Counted from the first letter of the stretch, positions 40,776-54,450 are shown. The stretch is DNA of 64,000 nt from Eledone cirrhosa (GCA_964016885.1 OZ024743.1:245582001-245646000); one strand, 5' to 3'. Notes: generated from the letters alone by a model not told the origin. Program-made: numbers and translations.

Positions 40776-40939
40776 TTTAGGCCGCTAAAATTGGATATCG
40801 CCCTCCCTTGTTATAGAAGACTGAGTTACTCTTTTACAAATATGGGGATCGTCAATTATACAGGCCTCTTTCTGTGACTCCAGCGTTTGCAGCATTTAAT
40901 ACTCTTACTATTTAGATACACCTGCTGGAGATGCTACAT

Positions 40940-41290
40940 TTAGACACTTATGTCTGTATTTTCCCGCTAGGATAGAGTCAGGAGCCTGTCACCTTTCCTC
41001 GGACGTTTCCACCCTAAACCAACTAGTCAGCAATGATGGCTTGTCGCTGCCCATTTTCTCCTAGCTTCCAATTCAACTCCTGTTTACTCCAAAACCGGTA
41101 TGGTGGGGATGAGGATGTCCTTTGCTTACCCCAACCTGCGAGCAGCTGTCTCCTATCCCTCCCTCCACACATACTGTGTTGAACAACCCCTGTAGTCAAC
41201 CTCAACTGGAAATAGCGATGCCTATCGCCATTTTTCTCACATTGTTGGATCAGGTCCTGATAGTTAGTGGGCTTCGCACGCGACCGCCAG
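40940..41290 (-). mobile_element. Decayed RLE-type (HERO-like) non-LTR 3' fragment
   Basis: K..NYQDLIQQCEKNG followed by a frameshifted P.EV..RG-like motif. Confidence 0.4.
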
Positions 41291-42468
41291 CTCAATCAGG
41301 ATGATGTTTTTTTGCCTACTACGACCATATAACTGTCAGATATGGAAGTTTTGGACAGCCCGAGGAAAATGTTTTCTTCCCACGCTCACCCTCATCTCCC
41401 ATGATTGGGCTGTTTGCAAGAGGATCTTAGTCTGTTTTTACTTATATTGTGGCACATGTGGTTGTATGGCGTGGTTTCATTAGCTACGCCATAAAAATAA
41501 ATACATGTGGTTGATCACACTTTGTGTGTGTAACAAGATATATTGGCACATGCCTAGATATAGTATAATATATTACAATTTTGTAAGTGTCTCATTCTAG
41601 ATGTACCAAATTCTGCCAACTACAGCAGCTATTTTTCAAAATAAATATTACAGAATACTGTTATACTTAGGGAGGGTCATGTTGCTGATAAAAACATATG
41701 CACCAGTTGAGTTTCATTTGGGTTTTATCATTAGTTAGGTAAGTAATCCTTTCTCGGTTAGTTTAACACTTTACCTCACATAATTATTTCCCATAATATC
41801 GAATCTATGAAATGTTGATGTCATTTATTTTGAGAACAATACCTTAACATAAGTATGAACAGAAAGAGGTTAGAAAATTCTGGCCGTATACGGCTGGTTT
41901 AAATGCTAAAGGGTTAATAACCAGGTGGTTAAGTGCCAAAGCACTTTCATCACACATTCTTTGTGACTATTCTTGTTCCTTTGTGTCTTCTCATTATTTA
42001 CTCCATCTTAGAGGTTTACTATGTTGGTCTGTCAAGGCTTACAACACTGGCTGGAGTAACTTTATTACAGATGATTTGGTATGAGTTAGTGGGGGATTAA
42101 GAGATGGAAGTAACTGGGCTGACAGGGGACCCCACATTATTTAACAAACCCTAAATTAATTTTTTTTGTTATCATAAATAATACACTGGTCCCAATGAAA
42201 TTTTCAGTCAGGGGCCCCATACAAGCTGAATCGACCCTTGATGTGAACTATGTAGTAGAAATGTAGGCTTTGTAATTTTCTTAGTATGATCAGAGTAAGA
42301 AGTGTCAAAAACTAGATTCATCAATTTACCAAACTGTAAGATGAAACTATTTTATGTGGGAGAAAGAGGTGTACATTATAGGACTAGCTGAGCAGCACCA
42401 AATACCCTGGTACCAGCCCTACTCACACTGTTTTTCTTTATTATATTATTTTCTACTTTTACCTGTAG

Positions 42469-42575
42469 GTGGTGGAAGTGGTTTCATTGGACGTAATCTT
42501 TGTAAGAGATTAAAGTCTGTTGGTTATAATGTAATAGCTGTGTCCAGATCTGCAGGGTTGAACAAAATTACTTGG
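42469..42575 (+). CDS. SDR39U1: SDR39U1 exon 2
   Basis: tag|GT GGT GGA AGT GGT TTC ATT GGA..KITW|gtgagt; GxGxxG NAD(P)-binding motif. Confidence 0.93.
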
Positions 42576-43279
42576 GTGAGTCATTACTATAAAACTTCAC
42601 TACATATACGTTTTTTTACTACTCTTAGTCATTAGACTGCGGTCATGTGGGGGCACCATATTGATTTAATCAGTCATATGGACCCCAGTATTATTTTTTC
42701 AAATCTGGTACTTAATTTATCTATCTTTTTTTTTTACGAACAGCTAAGATAAAACACAGACACAAACATAAACATGAATATACACATATCTACATACATA
42801 CATTGTATATATTTGTCAACCTGCTGAATTACAGGACACAGACACAAACCCCTTCTTCCTTGCAGAAAGAACTCTTCAGTTGGGACAATAACCTTTCTTG
42901 TGTTGGTGCCACGGAAATGCACCTGGTATACCTTGTAAAGGGGTTGGCAACAGGAAGGACACTCAGCTGTAGAAACCATGTCTAAAAGGATTAAGAGGGC
43001 CCTTCAGTTGTGTCAACCACACAACGACCTCTTTGGTGATGGTGATCTACATGATGATCGGACCCAGTACATGCTGTAAAGTGGTTGGTGATAGAAATGG
43101 TATCCAGCTGTAGAAAGCTTGCCAAACAAAGGTTTGAGAGGGCCCTTCAGTTATGTCAAAGACATAACAACCTCTCTTGTGCTGGTATACACAGTAGAAT
43201 ATGGGACTATATAAATGAGATGCAGAGTCCCCGGCCTGTCTGGGAAATCAGTAGCCCCGCTTCTGTCCAACTCTTGCTA

Positions 43280-44300
43280 GAAGGGAAAAAGACTTAAGGT
43301 GGTGGACAGTTTTGTGTGTCTCGGAAGTACACTTAGTAGAGATGGTATCCTCGATGTTGAAATAGATCAAGGATTGCAAAAATGAGTCTTGCCTTCAGGA
43401 AGCTTGAGAAGCGAATCTGGTCAAATCGAGGTATCACTAGAAACACAAAGCTCTCTCTGTATGTGGCCTGTGTTCTTACAGCCTTGCTATACAGATGTGA
43501 GACATGGATAACTTACAGGAATCATATCAGGCAGTTGGAAAGATTTCATCAGCATTGTATAAGATACATCCTGAACATCAAGTGGTCTTCTTACACACCT
43601 GATGCTGCTGTATTTGAGAAAGTGGGTAGCACCAGTATTGAGAGGAGGATTATTATGAACCAGATGTATTGGGCTGGACATGTGGTCAGGATGAAAGAAG
43701 GAAGGCTGCCTAAACAGTTATTTTATGGGGAGCTGACCAGAGAAAAAAGGCCACTGCATAAACCAAAGAAGCAGTTTAGAGATGTCATAAAAGACAATTT
43801 TAAATCCCTGAAGATTGATATGGAGAACTGAGAGAGACTGGCTGCAGGCCATACATCATGGAGAAAGATCATCAATTATGGATGTGATATCTTTGAGAAA
43901 AAGTGAGTGGAGCATGCTGTTTTGAAGCGTTGACTTTGTAAGCGGGTCTCAAGTGCAGTGCCTTCAAAAATCCAGCAGGAACTGAAGTGCAATGTATATG
44001 GTTGATTTCTTCTAATAAGAGCTGGTTTTATTAATCATCTGAAATCACATGAGCCAAGGAGAAATCGAGCCAACTGTGAGATGGTTCTACCGCCACACAC
44101 TCCATGGTACATTTGCAGTGAGTGTGGTTAAACTTGCAAGTCAGCGGGTGCACTGACCAGACATGGTAAAATGCATGAAGACAGCCGGTATTGCCAGTGT
44201 CACATCTGTGAACGTACCTGCAAAACAAAAGCGGGTCTGAAAGGTCACCTGCGTGCACATGATCGTGCAATGTTCAATGGAGGGGTGGCACACTTCTGAC
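43280..44300 (+). mobile_element. RTE (BovB-like) LINE 3' part with C2H2 finger remnants
   Basis: LLYRCETW, LERFHQHCIR, WAGHVVRM and RLPKQLFYGEL; CHICERTCKTKAGLKGHLRAH. Confidence 0.85.
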
Positions 44301-45049
44301 AAGAAGTAGCAATCAACATGTATATGTTTGTATATACAACAGACTTCTGCAGTTTCCATCTACCAAATTTTACTCACTAGGCATTGGTAAACCCAAGGCT
44401 ATTGTAGAAATTACTTGCCCATGGTCCTGCACAGCGGGACTGAATTCAGAACCATGTGGTTGCAAAGTGAACTCCTTAACTACATGCCCATATTCACATC
44501 TTGAAACATTTTCTCAATCAAGTCAAAACTGGGCTTCTTTATTTCCCCCAAAATGTTATATCCTCTTTTGTCGCACATGAGAATCTGGTTTTCCCTTGAC
44601 CCACGGTCAGCCTTATAGCCAAACAGCAGCATCTGGCTCATTTCAGTGCCTTCTTCATCAACTGGTACTCTTCTTGAGGATAAGTACACTCACATTGGAG
44701 TCACCCAACACCTTAAGATCTGCATGTGTGAATCATATAAATGCTACTATTGAAAATTTATGCTACATCTATTTTCTTGTCATCACAGTATGAATCATTT
44801 TCTTCACTGCGCCATTTTAAATGATGTCATCACTGCCTGTTCTTGATGGGAATACTTTTGCCATCTTATTTGTACATTGCAACTAAGATTACCATTCAGC
44901 TGAGGGTGTAGTAGTGTCTCCTCTCCATTCCACTCCCTCTTTTTCATGATATAAACATATTTTGAAATTAAAGTTGCATAACATGTATACATACAAAAAC
45001 AAATTCTCTCCACTGTTTATGTTTAACTTTGACATGTTTCTTCACCCAG

Positions 45050-45135
45050 GAAGAGCTACAGAGAAATGGACTTCCAAATGGCTGTAAAGTTGTTGTTAAT
45101 TTAGCGGGTGAAAACTTAATGAATCCTTTAAGAAG
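45050..45135 (+). CDS. SDR39U1: SDR39U1 exon 3
   Basis: cag|EELQRNGLPNGCKVVVNLAGENLMNPLRR|gtgagg. Confidence 0.92.
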
Positions 45136-45449
45136 GTGAGGGCTGTCATACTTATTGCTTATTTAGTATGATGGGTAGTGCCTATGATCCTTTTTCAAAT
45201 GCCTGGTAAGCAAGAAGGAAGAAAGTATTCTCAAACTGGTGACAGCTCAAATACAAGTAACAAATTGGATTCCACTAAAGACACCCAAGGGCCAGGTGAA
45301 ATGTTAATGTGTGTTTGAACTGCATCAGTTACAACAGTGAGTGTTCCCCTTAATCAACAGAGCAGCCTGCTTGTGATATTAAAATACAAGTGGTTGACCA
45401 TTCCACAGATACTTGTATCCTTAACGTAACTCTCGGGGAGATTCAGCAT

Positions 45450-45635
45450 AATTGTTTCTACTTTTGGCACAAGGCCAGCAATTACCCAGTGCATTACTGG
45501 TACTTTATTTTATCGACCCCGTAAGGATGAAAGGCAAAGTTAACCTCGGCAGGATTTGAACACTGAATGGCAAGGGCCGTAACTCTATGCGTCAAAGCAT
45601 GGCGTCCGACCTACCGACACTGCCAATCCACCGCA
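45450..45635 (-). mobile_element. Young SINE in intron 3
   Basis: Same family as 15389-15586. Confidence 0.85.
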
Positions 45636-46899
45636 TAATAGTGTGTAACTAGCCTGGCTCTTTGAATTACAGATCAACTTGTTTTTTCCAGCTGAGTGGA
45701 CTGGAGCAGTGTGAAATAATGTATTTTATTCAAGGACACAAATGCTTTGTCCAGTCCAGAAATTAGATGCATGACTTTATGATCATAAGCCGAACACCCC
45801 AACCACTAAGCCATACTCCTTCATGGTATTGTTAAACCAGGTGATCAATTAAATAATTTTATTGCTCAAGTAGGTCACATTGGAATTTGAAATCAGAATA
45901 CAACAAACCCTGGAGCAGATACCACAACAAATACTACAAGGTATCTCATCCAATGCTCTAACAATTTTGCCAATCCATCGCCCTGGACTGATACCTTATT
46001 TTATTGACCATAAATTGTTGTTTAGTTCCATGTCAGCTCTTACCCAGTATAATCAAAAATATTCTAGCAGTAACTATCCTGTCTTTTTATACTGACAGTG
46101 TATCTAGAACTGCTTTATTTAATGTCCTTCCTTTTTCAAGATGATAGAATATAATTTGAGAGAGATTTAACAGCTAGTTCTAGCAGGTTGAGCTACTGCA
46201 TAAAGGTCTTCTTGTTGGCTCAAGTATGGTTAAGTTGTCTGCTTTGATTGAGCAGACAATAAAAAGACATGACATTCTAGTTATGACCATCCTATCTTAA
46301 TATATCTGTGACTATCTTATTCAGTGAATCTCTTTTAGAGACAGTAGAGCATGATTTGAAACAAATTTCATTTTTATTTCATAACCACATAGATGCTCTC
46401 TTATTGACTGATGTGCAGTAACGTTATCATATTTGGTATGATACACAGGTGGATTAAATCATTTTGTGTGGTAACTACTAAGTTTATCTGAACACCAGGG
46501 ACTAAACTTTGTTGAAGCTAGGATTAAATATTTTAATATATTTCTAGTTGATTATCCTTTTTGATGCCAAATTGCAAGAAGCTGTCCTGGGTTGTTTTAA
46601 AGTGTTTATATCTAGTTTGTGATAGATTTGTTTATATCTATTTAAAAACCTTTCTTCATAATTTTATGAAAGGACCTTTAAGTTATGCTCCAGACACAGG
46701 CTTGAGAAGGAAGTTAGATTATTAAATTTCTCCAAATTCTTGATTATTTTCAAAATGATTTGAAAATTATAAGCAGTGCATTTCAATAGAAATATTGTAA
46801 TGAATGGGATAAATGTAGCCTTAACGTTAATGTTGGCACTTTCAACAAGATATAATGCTGGTGTTATTTAAGTCCAATTTATGTTACTACATCTTTCAG

Positions 46900-47021
46900 A
46901 TGGGGCCCAGCTTTTAAGAAAGATCTTTATGACAGTCGCATTAGCACCACCAAAGCCTTGACAAAAGCTATTTCTGAAGCACAGACACCACCTGAAGTAT
47001 TTGTAAATACCTCTGCTGTAG
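46900..47021 (+). CDS. SDR39U1: SDR39U1 exon 4
   Basis: cag|WGPAFKKDLYDSRISTTKALTKAISEAQTPPEVFVNTSAV|gtaagt. Confidence 0.92.
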
Positions 47022-47424
47022 GTAAGTAGAAACTTGAAAATCATCCTTACAAGACAAAATAGTATACATAAAGTTTTCTCAGGGAATAGATACAATGTAG
47101 AATAGGGAGAACTCTTTAGGATAGCTGAGGGCATGAAAACATCTCTAGTACATGATGAAATGTACCTAGTACACATTTAAAAAGGAGTAGGTAAATAAAT
47201 GGTGATAATGTACAGTAGAGAGAACTCTTTCTTCTTGCTAAGGACAATCAACCTCTCTAGTACTAATATCACAATAAAATGTACCAAATACACTTTGTAA
47301 AGAGGTTGATGTTAAGGAGGGCATCCAGTCACAGAAACCATAACAAAAATGGAATGTACAAGCAATGATTCACCTCATTGAAAATAATTTCCGGATAGTT
47401 TTGTAACTAATGTTATATTTATAG

Positions 47425-47607
47425 CATTGGCAGTATCGGTAGAGGGTTGGACGCCATGCTTTGACGCATAGAGTTACGGCCCTTACTATTCTGAGTTCAA
47501 ATCCCGCAGACTTTAACTTTGCCTTTCATCCTTACGGGGTCGATAAAATAAAGTACCAGTAATGTACTGGGTAATTGCTGGCCTTGTGCTAATAGTAGAA
47601 ACAATTA
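47425..47607 (+). mobile_element. Young SINE in intron 4
   Basis: Same family; inverted relative to 45450-45635. Confidence 0.85.
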
Positions 47608-48173
47608 TTTTATAATCTGAAATAAATTGTTACAATGAGAGTCAATCACTGTAGTGTTGATAACATTTTTGACAATTGAATTCATTACTTGGATTCCCTT
47701 TGTGATTGTAGTCATTTCTCTACAATTATGTCACTAATAATCTTGAGAAGGGCATGAACATCATATAATCTTTTTCATTAATGTTATCACCGTCATCATT
47801 TAAAACCCATTTTCCATGCTGGCATCGTCATCACCGCTTTGCATGAGTTAGCTCTACTCTAGCACTGCCTCCCTCCACCTGTTGCATTTCTTCGTCATCT
47901 CCTCTATGAGGTTCAGCAATTTGAAATCAGCTCTCATCACTTCAGCCAAAATTTTCCTTTGTTTTCCTTCCACTGAGATCACTCAGTACTTCTTCACCTA
48001 ACAATCATCATCCATACCAGTGCAATCTTCTCTCCTGCATACAATATCTGATTCCTCTTATGCCAAGTTTTTTCTCTTAGTTCCTCCATGCTTCCTCTTT
48101 CATACACTCAAATAAATGTGTTGGACATTACACTAAGGTGTTATTCACATAGATCAAATTCTGAAAATTGCAG

Positions 48174-48326
48174 GGTTCTATGCTCCTGATGCCAATAAAT
48201 GTTATACAGAGGAAAGCGAAGGGGGTAATCATGACTTCTTGTCTCGTCTTTGTTCTGAATGGGAAGCAGCTTCAACATTGAAACCTCTTCTATCTGACAC
48301 AGTACGGCAGGCTATTGTTAGAGTTG
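48174..48326 (+). CDS. SDR39U1: SDR39U1 exon 5
   Basis: cag|GFYAPDANKCYTEES..DFLSRLCSEWE..RQAIVRV|gtaagt. Confidence 0.92.
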
Positions 48327-49269
48327 GTAAGTATTGCCTTTTTTCTTTCTCTTTTATTATTTTACTGGTTTCACCACCTTGAAGGAGTTTAGGTGATGAT
48401 ACCGACTTGGTTGTTTGGGATTGTTTAAATAAGGTGAATATGCGAAGTGAAATGGATTGAAACAATATTACTTGATTGGGGTAGTCCGTTATTGGTAGTT
48501 AGCATTTGTAGGGTCGGTATTCCTGAATGATAGGGCCGAGAATGTTGTGTTTCTGACGTGTTGGCATCTCAGCAATATGTTACTTGGAGGACTGCGCTTC
48601 ACATCGATATGGGTTTTCGCAATGTTGTGCTTTTGCGATCTGGTGGTTCAGCAGTTTTCCCCACTTCACGATTTGAGGCTGTTGTTCACTCCTCATCTGT
48701 TGCCTTCTGTGGTGTGTTCATGGGTGGATTTCAGTACTTTCATCATCATCACAATCATATTCACCATAAACAACACAACCACCACTTCTTCCTCCTCCTC
48801 TACTTCTCATCCCCTTTCTCCTTCTTCTTCTCCTCACTTGTATGCTTACCATTATCCTTCATAGCAATATGGCCCTACCTGTCATTCTTGTCATTATACT
48901 GGTCGACCTTCGAATTCCTGCTGACCACTTAACAGATGCTTCTCCCCCCCCCCCCAACTTTTCCCCTTTCATTCTTTCCAATTTTGATATTTATAATTTC
49001 ATCTAAAGAAAATGTTATGCCCATCCCAATTACAATTCTTTACAATTCATCGCCTCTGTCATACTGAAAACCACTATTCACCATCTACCCCACTCCCGTC
49101 TTGCACCCACCCACTGTAAACTCTCATATCTGAAGAAGTGCCAATTAAGAGTCAGGATCCGATCAGATGATCAAACCCAAGCTGATCGATATGGAAACAA
49201 ATTGTAATAAAGTTTACAAAAAGCTGCAATTCTTATTGTCACTTTATATATATATATATATATATATAT

Positions 49270-52200
49270 CATCATCATCATTTAACGTCTATCTTCCACG
49301 CTAGCATAGGTTAGACGGGAGTTGTCCCAATTTGAGGCAAGATTGGTCGGGTGACTGTGTCTCGCACCTATAGGACTGTCTGGCAGGTTTTCTACAGCTG
49401 GATGCCCTTCCAAACACCAACCACATTTACAGTGTGGACTGGGAACTTTTTACCGTGTTACCTACACGGCCACATTACAGTGTGGACTGTGTTATTTTTT
49501 TCTCGTGACACCTACATGACCTCGATCTCATTATCTCATTTATTTGAACTGGATGTTGTGGTACGGAGAAAGGGTGGTGTTGGTGGGAGTGGGAGGATTG
49601 AGTAGGGGTAGTAGGTTGGGGTGTATATTTGGTTAAGAGGTGCCTACTGACTAGGTTTCGCTTTGTACATAGGCAAGGCAGGTCTTCTGTATTACTGCGT
49701 AGCGCCAAAGATCTCGGTCCAGTGACATTGTCTTAGAGAGGTGCAAGTGTGTAAGGTCGGAATTTATCAAATCGTCCCAGGTTTTTCTGGGTCTACCTAC
49801 TCCGTAACTTCCATCAATTTTGATCGCTCTGCACTTTTTTATACAGCTGACCGTACCAACGTAGTCTTCTCTCGAGTAAACAGCATCTGATCCCTCTTAT
49901 TCCTAATTTCTCCCTTAGTTCGTTCATGCTTTGCCGTTCACGTATATTACTATTACACATCCAGCGGAGCATGCAAGCTTCGTTCCTCTCCAGTCTGCGT
50001 ATATCCTCTGCACACAATGCCCAGGTCTCACTGCCATGTAACATTGCTGTTCGTATACAGGCATCATACAGCCTGCCTTTCATTTTTAGAGAGAACCCTT
50101 TAGCGGCCAATAGTGGTATAAGCTCTCTGAACTTTTTCCATTCCATTCTGACTTTGGCTACTGTACTTTCAGAGCACCCTCCACCACTGCTGATTTTGTC
50201 ACCCAGGTAACGGAAAGTGTCCACTATTTCTATAGAACCATCTGGGCAATAGAAGGAGCTAGTTTCCTTTGGGCACTTGCTACTTATTGCACCTGAGCAT
50301 CGGCCACATATAAAATCTACGTTCTTAGATAGCTTACCTGTGATTCCACTACATCTTTTATGAACCCATAGTTTTCATTTGGGACATAAAATGGAATTTC
50401 TACCTACTCCTTTCCTACACACTGAGCATGGCTATTTTCCTTTCTACATACTAGAACTTTAGTCTTAGACAAGTTAACTTTAAGGCCTTTTGATTCTAGG
50501 CCATGCTTCCATGTTTGGAATTTCTTCTCTAGTTCAGCTATGAGAGTTAGATCATCTGCGTATAGAAGTTCCCATGGGCAGCCAGTCTTAAACTCCTCTG
50601 TTATAGCCTGAAGGGCAATAATAAATAGGAAGGGACTAAGGACAGAGCCTTGATGAACACCAACTTTTACACTAAATTCTTCACAATATTCATTGTTAAT
50701 CTAACCTTACTGACCGTTTCATTATACATAGCTTGTATAGCTCACACAAGCCATTCATCTACACCTAGTTTTCTAAGAGCCCACCAGATAATGGAGCAGG
50801 GGACTCTGTCAAAAGCTTTCTCCAGGACTACAAAAGCTAAGTAGAGGGGTTTACCTTTAGCTAGGCACTTGTGTAGTTGTCGTACAAGGAAAAGAGCGTC
50901 TGCGGTACTTTTACCTGACACAAACCCAAACTGCATTTCATCTAGATCAATTCGATCTCTAATTAGTTGTGCTATAACTCTTTCTGTGATCTTCATGACC
51001 TGGTCAATTAACTTAATGCCTCTATAGTTTCCCCTATCTAGAGCATCCCCTTTACCCTTGTAGCAGTTAATGATGATGCTGCTACGCCAGTCATTTGGTA
51101 TGACTCCATTATGTATTACTTGGTTTACTATCCGGGTGACCATAGTATGTATCACCATTCCAGATGCTTTCAACATCTCAGCAACTATCTCCAAAGGCCC
51201 AGCTGCCTTGCCTGTCTTCATATCTTTGATTGCCTTACTTATTATACTACCTTTAACTTGCACCGCTGGTCCTTCTATTGGATCGATTTGGGGCAGACTA
51301 TCTTTTTCCCATTTATTCTCCTCATTTAGTAGTCTCTCATAGTGACACTTCCAAGCTACGTTCTTATCAGTATCAGTGAGGGCAAGTACACCATTATCAT
51401 TACGGACACACTTCTCCCCGACAATATCACGGTTTTCCTTGACACATTGTTTAGCAATCCTGAACACCTCGCGTTTTTTATCCTCGCGTTGTAGAATATG
51501 CTTGAACTTTCTATCCTCTGCTTCCCTTCTTGCAAAGTACACTTGTGTCCTGGCCACTTGATAGTGTTCTGTAATTCCCCCATCCTGCCATACTTTCCAA
51601 GCCTGCTTTTTGGCCTTGATTGTCTCCTCCACCTTACTGTTCCACTACCAAGTTACTCTCCTCCTGCCAATAGGTCTGCTCTAGCCACAGATTTCATCCA
51701 TCGCCTTCAGCAGGTTAACTTTCAAGAATTGCCACTGTTCCTCTATATCGTATGTCTCTAATTTCTCTTCCTTACTCTCAAAAGCATCAAGTAATAAGCT
51801 TTTAAATTTGTCACTGGTTGTGGGGTCCTTCAACTTCCATATTTTTCTCCTCAAGGTAGTCCTCCTCTGTTGTCGAGTACGTCTATTCCTGACTATGAGG
51901 TCACTAACTACTAGGCTATGTTGGGAGGTGCATTCTTCACAGGGGAGGGATTTGTCACGTCTTCTAGTAAGGATATAATCTATCTGACTGGCGTGTTCCC
52001 CTGATCTATAGGGGATCAAGTGATTGTCTCATTTTTCGAAGTTTGTGTTACAGATAGTTAGGTTATTAGCGTCACAGAAGTCCTAGATTCTGAAGCCTTC
52101 CTCATTTCTATTACCAAACCCATAGTCTCCATGGATTCCATCATAGCCATCGCTATGTTGTCCAACGTGACCATTTAGGTCGGCAGCAATAATTAAGTAG

Positions 52201-52690
52201 TCACTGTCGGTTATTTGGGAGGTAATGTACATTAGCGACTCATAGAACCTGTTCTTTATATCGTCAGGTAGACCAGATTGGGGTGCATAAGCGGATATTA
52301 TTGTCACAGTAGTTCTATTTAGAACTAGTCTTATTTTAATTATTCTGTCATTCACTCTATTTACGGCAATTACCTTATCTACCCATTTTTCAGTTAACAT
52401 AATTCTTACACCATCCAGTCCATTGTCATTTCCCACCCAGAAAAGTTTATAGCATCGTTTTTTACCCACAAAAAAATTAATCTAGCAGACCCACCTCTCC
52501 ACCTAGTCTCTTGAACACAACAAACATCAACTTCCTTACGTACAATCATCTCTACAACCTCATTTGAGCAACCTTTCAATGTGCCTACGTTCATGGTACC
52601 AACTCTGAAGTTGGGTAGATGGAATGGATGGGTTGCAGGGAAAGGAAGGGTGTGGGAGACGGAATTATGTTGGTCATCCATGACTGAAAT
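49270..52690 (-). mobile_element. RTE-clade LINE, near full length, decayed (APE plus RT)
   Basis: TMNVGTL, QETRW, SAYAPQ, DLNGHVG, IDYIL, NYRGIKL, LEKAFDRV and MLHGSETW motifs; (GAT)n tail. Confidence 0.92.
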
Positions 52691-53089
52691 AAAGAGGGGT
52701 CCTTGCATATATATATATACACACACACACACACAAACTGGTGAACCCAAGGTTATATTAGAAGACATTTGCCCATGGGGCTGTGAAATAAGTCTGAACC
52801 CGGAACCACATGGTTGCAAAACAGCCTTGCCCCTCATTGTAGTAGTTTGATAGATTAATCCAGTGTTAGGCTTTTCATTACTATATTTCTAATAAATGAC
52901 ACTGCCTATGATTTTCAAATAATTTTGAAAACAATCGTGAATTTGGAGGAAGTTAGAGATATAACTAACTTTATTAAGCTGGTGTTCGAAACATATTTAA
53001 TTACATGGAATTAGGATGCAAGGTTTCTACATAAATACAAACATTTTGAAACAAACAGTTATGTATCAACTAGGGGCAGTTCGCACACA

Positions 53090-54450
53090 GGCATCATACA
53101 ATCTACCCTTCACTCTGAGAAAAGCATTTTGTTGTTAGCAGCGGAGATAGATCTCTAAGGATGAGTCTTCTGTATTACTGCACAGCGCCAGAGATCACAG
53201 TCCTGTGTCATTGTGTTTGAGAGGTGCAATTGAGCAAGGTCAGCTTTTATCACCTCATCCCAAGTCTTCCAGGGCCTTCCCACGCCATAGCTTCCATTGA
53301 CTTTGTACAGCTGTCATCCTTCATACACATCACATGTCCATACCAACGCAATCTCCTCTCCTGCACACTGCATCTGATCCCTCTTATGCCTAATTTCTCA
53401 CAGTTCATATATGCTTTGCCGTTCACATATATTACTGTTGCACATCCATCAAAGCATGGAGGCTTCATTTCTTTCCAATCGTCATAGGTGCCCAGGTCTC
53501 ATTACTGTGCAACGTTGTTGTTTGTATATATGCATCATACAGTCTGCCTTTCGTTTTGTAGTTAGCAGCAATAGTAATTCACTGATCTTTCTCCAACCCA
53601 TTCACACTCTGGCTACTGTGCTTTTGGAACACCCTCCTCCATTGCTGATTTGGTCACCTAAGTAACAGAAACTATTTAGTAATTCTACAGATTCTACTGG
53701 GCATTTGAAGGAAATAGTATCCTGAGTGCTCTTGTTACTTACTACTCCTGTACACCGACCAAATGTAAAATCTGCATTCTTTGTTAGCCTTTCTGACATC
53801 CCACGGCATCTCTTGTGTACTCATAGTTTGCATTTGAGACACAGGATGGAAATTCTACCTACTCCTTTTCTGCACACTGAGCAAGGCCATTTCCCTGAGG
53901 AGATCTAGGCTCTCTTTTCCTTTCTACTGACTAGAACTGCATCTCATCCAGGCTAACTCATTCTCTGATCAGCTGTGATCTTCATAACCTGGTCAACCAA
54001 CTTTAAGCCTCTATAGTTTTCTCTGTCTAAAGCATCTTCTAGACTGCCTTTGCAGCAATTGACAATGATGCTACTATGCCAGTCATTGGATAGGGCACCA
54101 TTCTGTATTACCTAGTTTACAATGCGGATGACTATGGTGTGACCCATCATTCCTGATGCTTTCAGCATCTCGGCAACTATCCCTGAGGGTTCAGCTGCCC
54201 TGCTTGTTTTCATATCCTTGATTGCCTTACTACTGCTGACTTGTACAGCTGATCCCTCTGTTGGGTCGACATGGAGCAAACTATTTTCATCCCATGCATT
54301 CTGCTCATTCAGTAATCTTTAATAGTAGCACTTCCATGCTACATTCTTTTCAGCATCAGTGAGGGAAAGTTCACCATAATCATTTTAGACACATTTCTCC
54401 CCACCAACATCGCAATTTTCATCCTGAACACCTCATACCTCTGGTCCTCA
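53090..54450 (-). mobile_element. RTE-clade LINE, internally deleted
   Basis: Fragments homologous to the two neighbouring RTE copies. Confidence 0.8.

Larger units (their letters stand above)
38079..40802. mobile_element. Non-autonomous fold-back DNA transposon (Merlin-like termini) carrying captured host sequence
   Basis: TSD CTCCCTTG at 38071-38078 and 40803-40810; termini GGCGATAT..ATATCGCC; arm 38079-38563 versus 38771-39467 plus 40776-40802. Confidence 0.8.

Noticed and set aside
49125-49212. Hammerhead (CTGAAGA...GAAACAAATTGTA)
   Set aside because: Core words are present, but stem II does not pair convincingly and stem I is only 3 bp.
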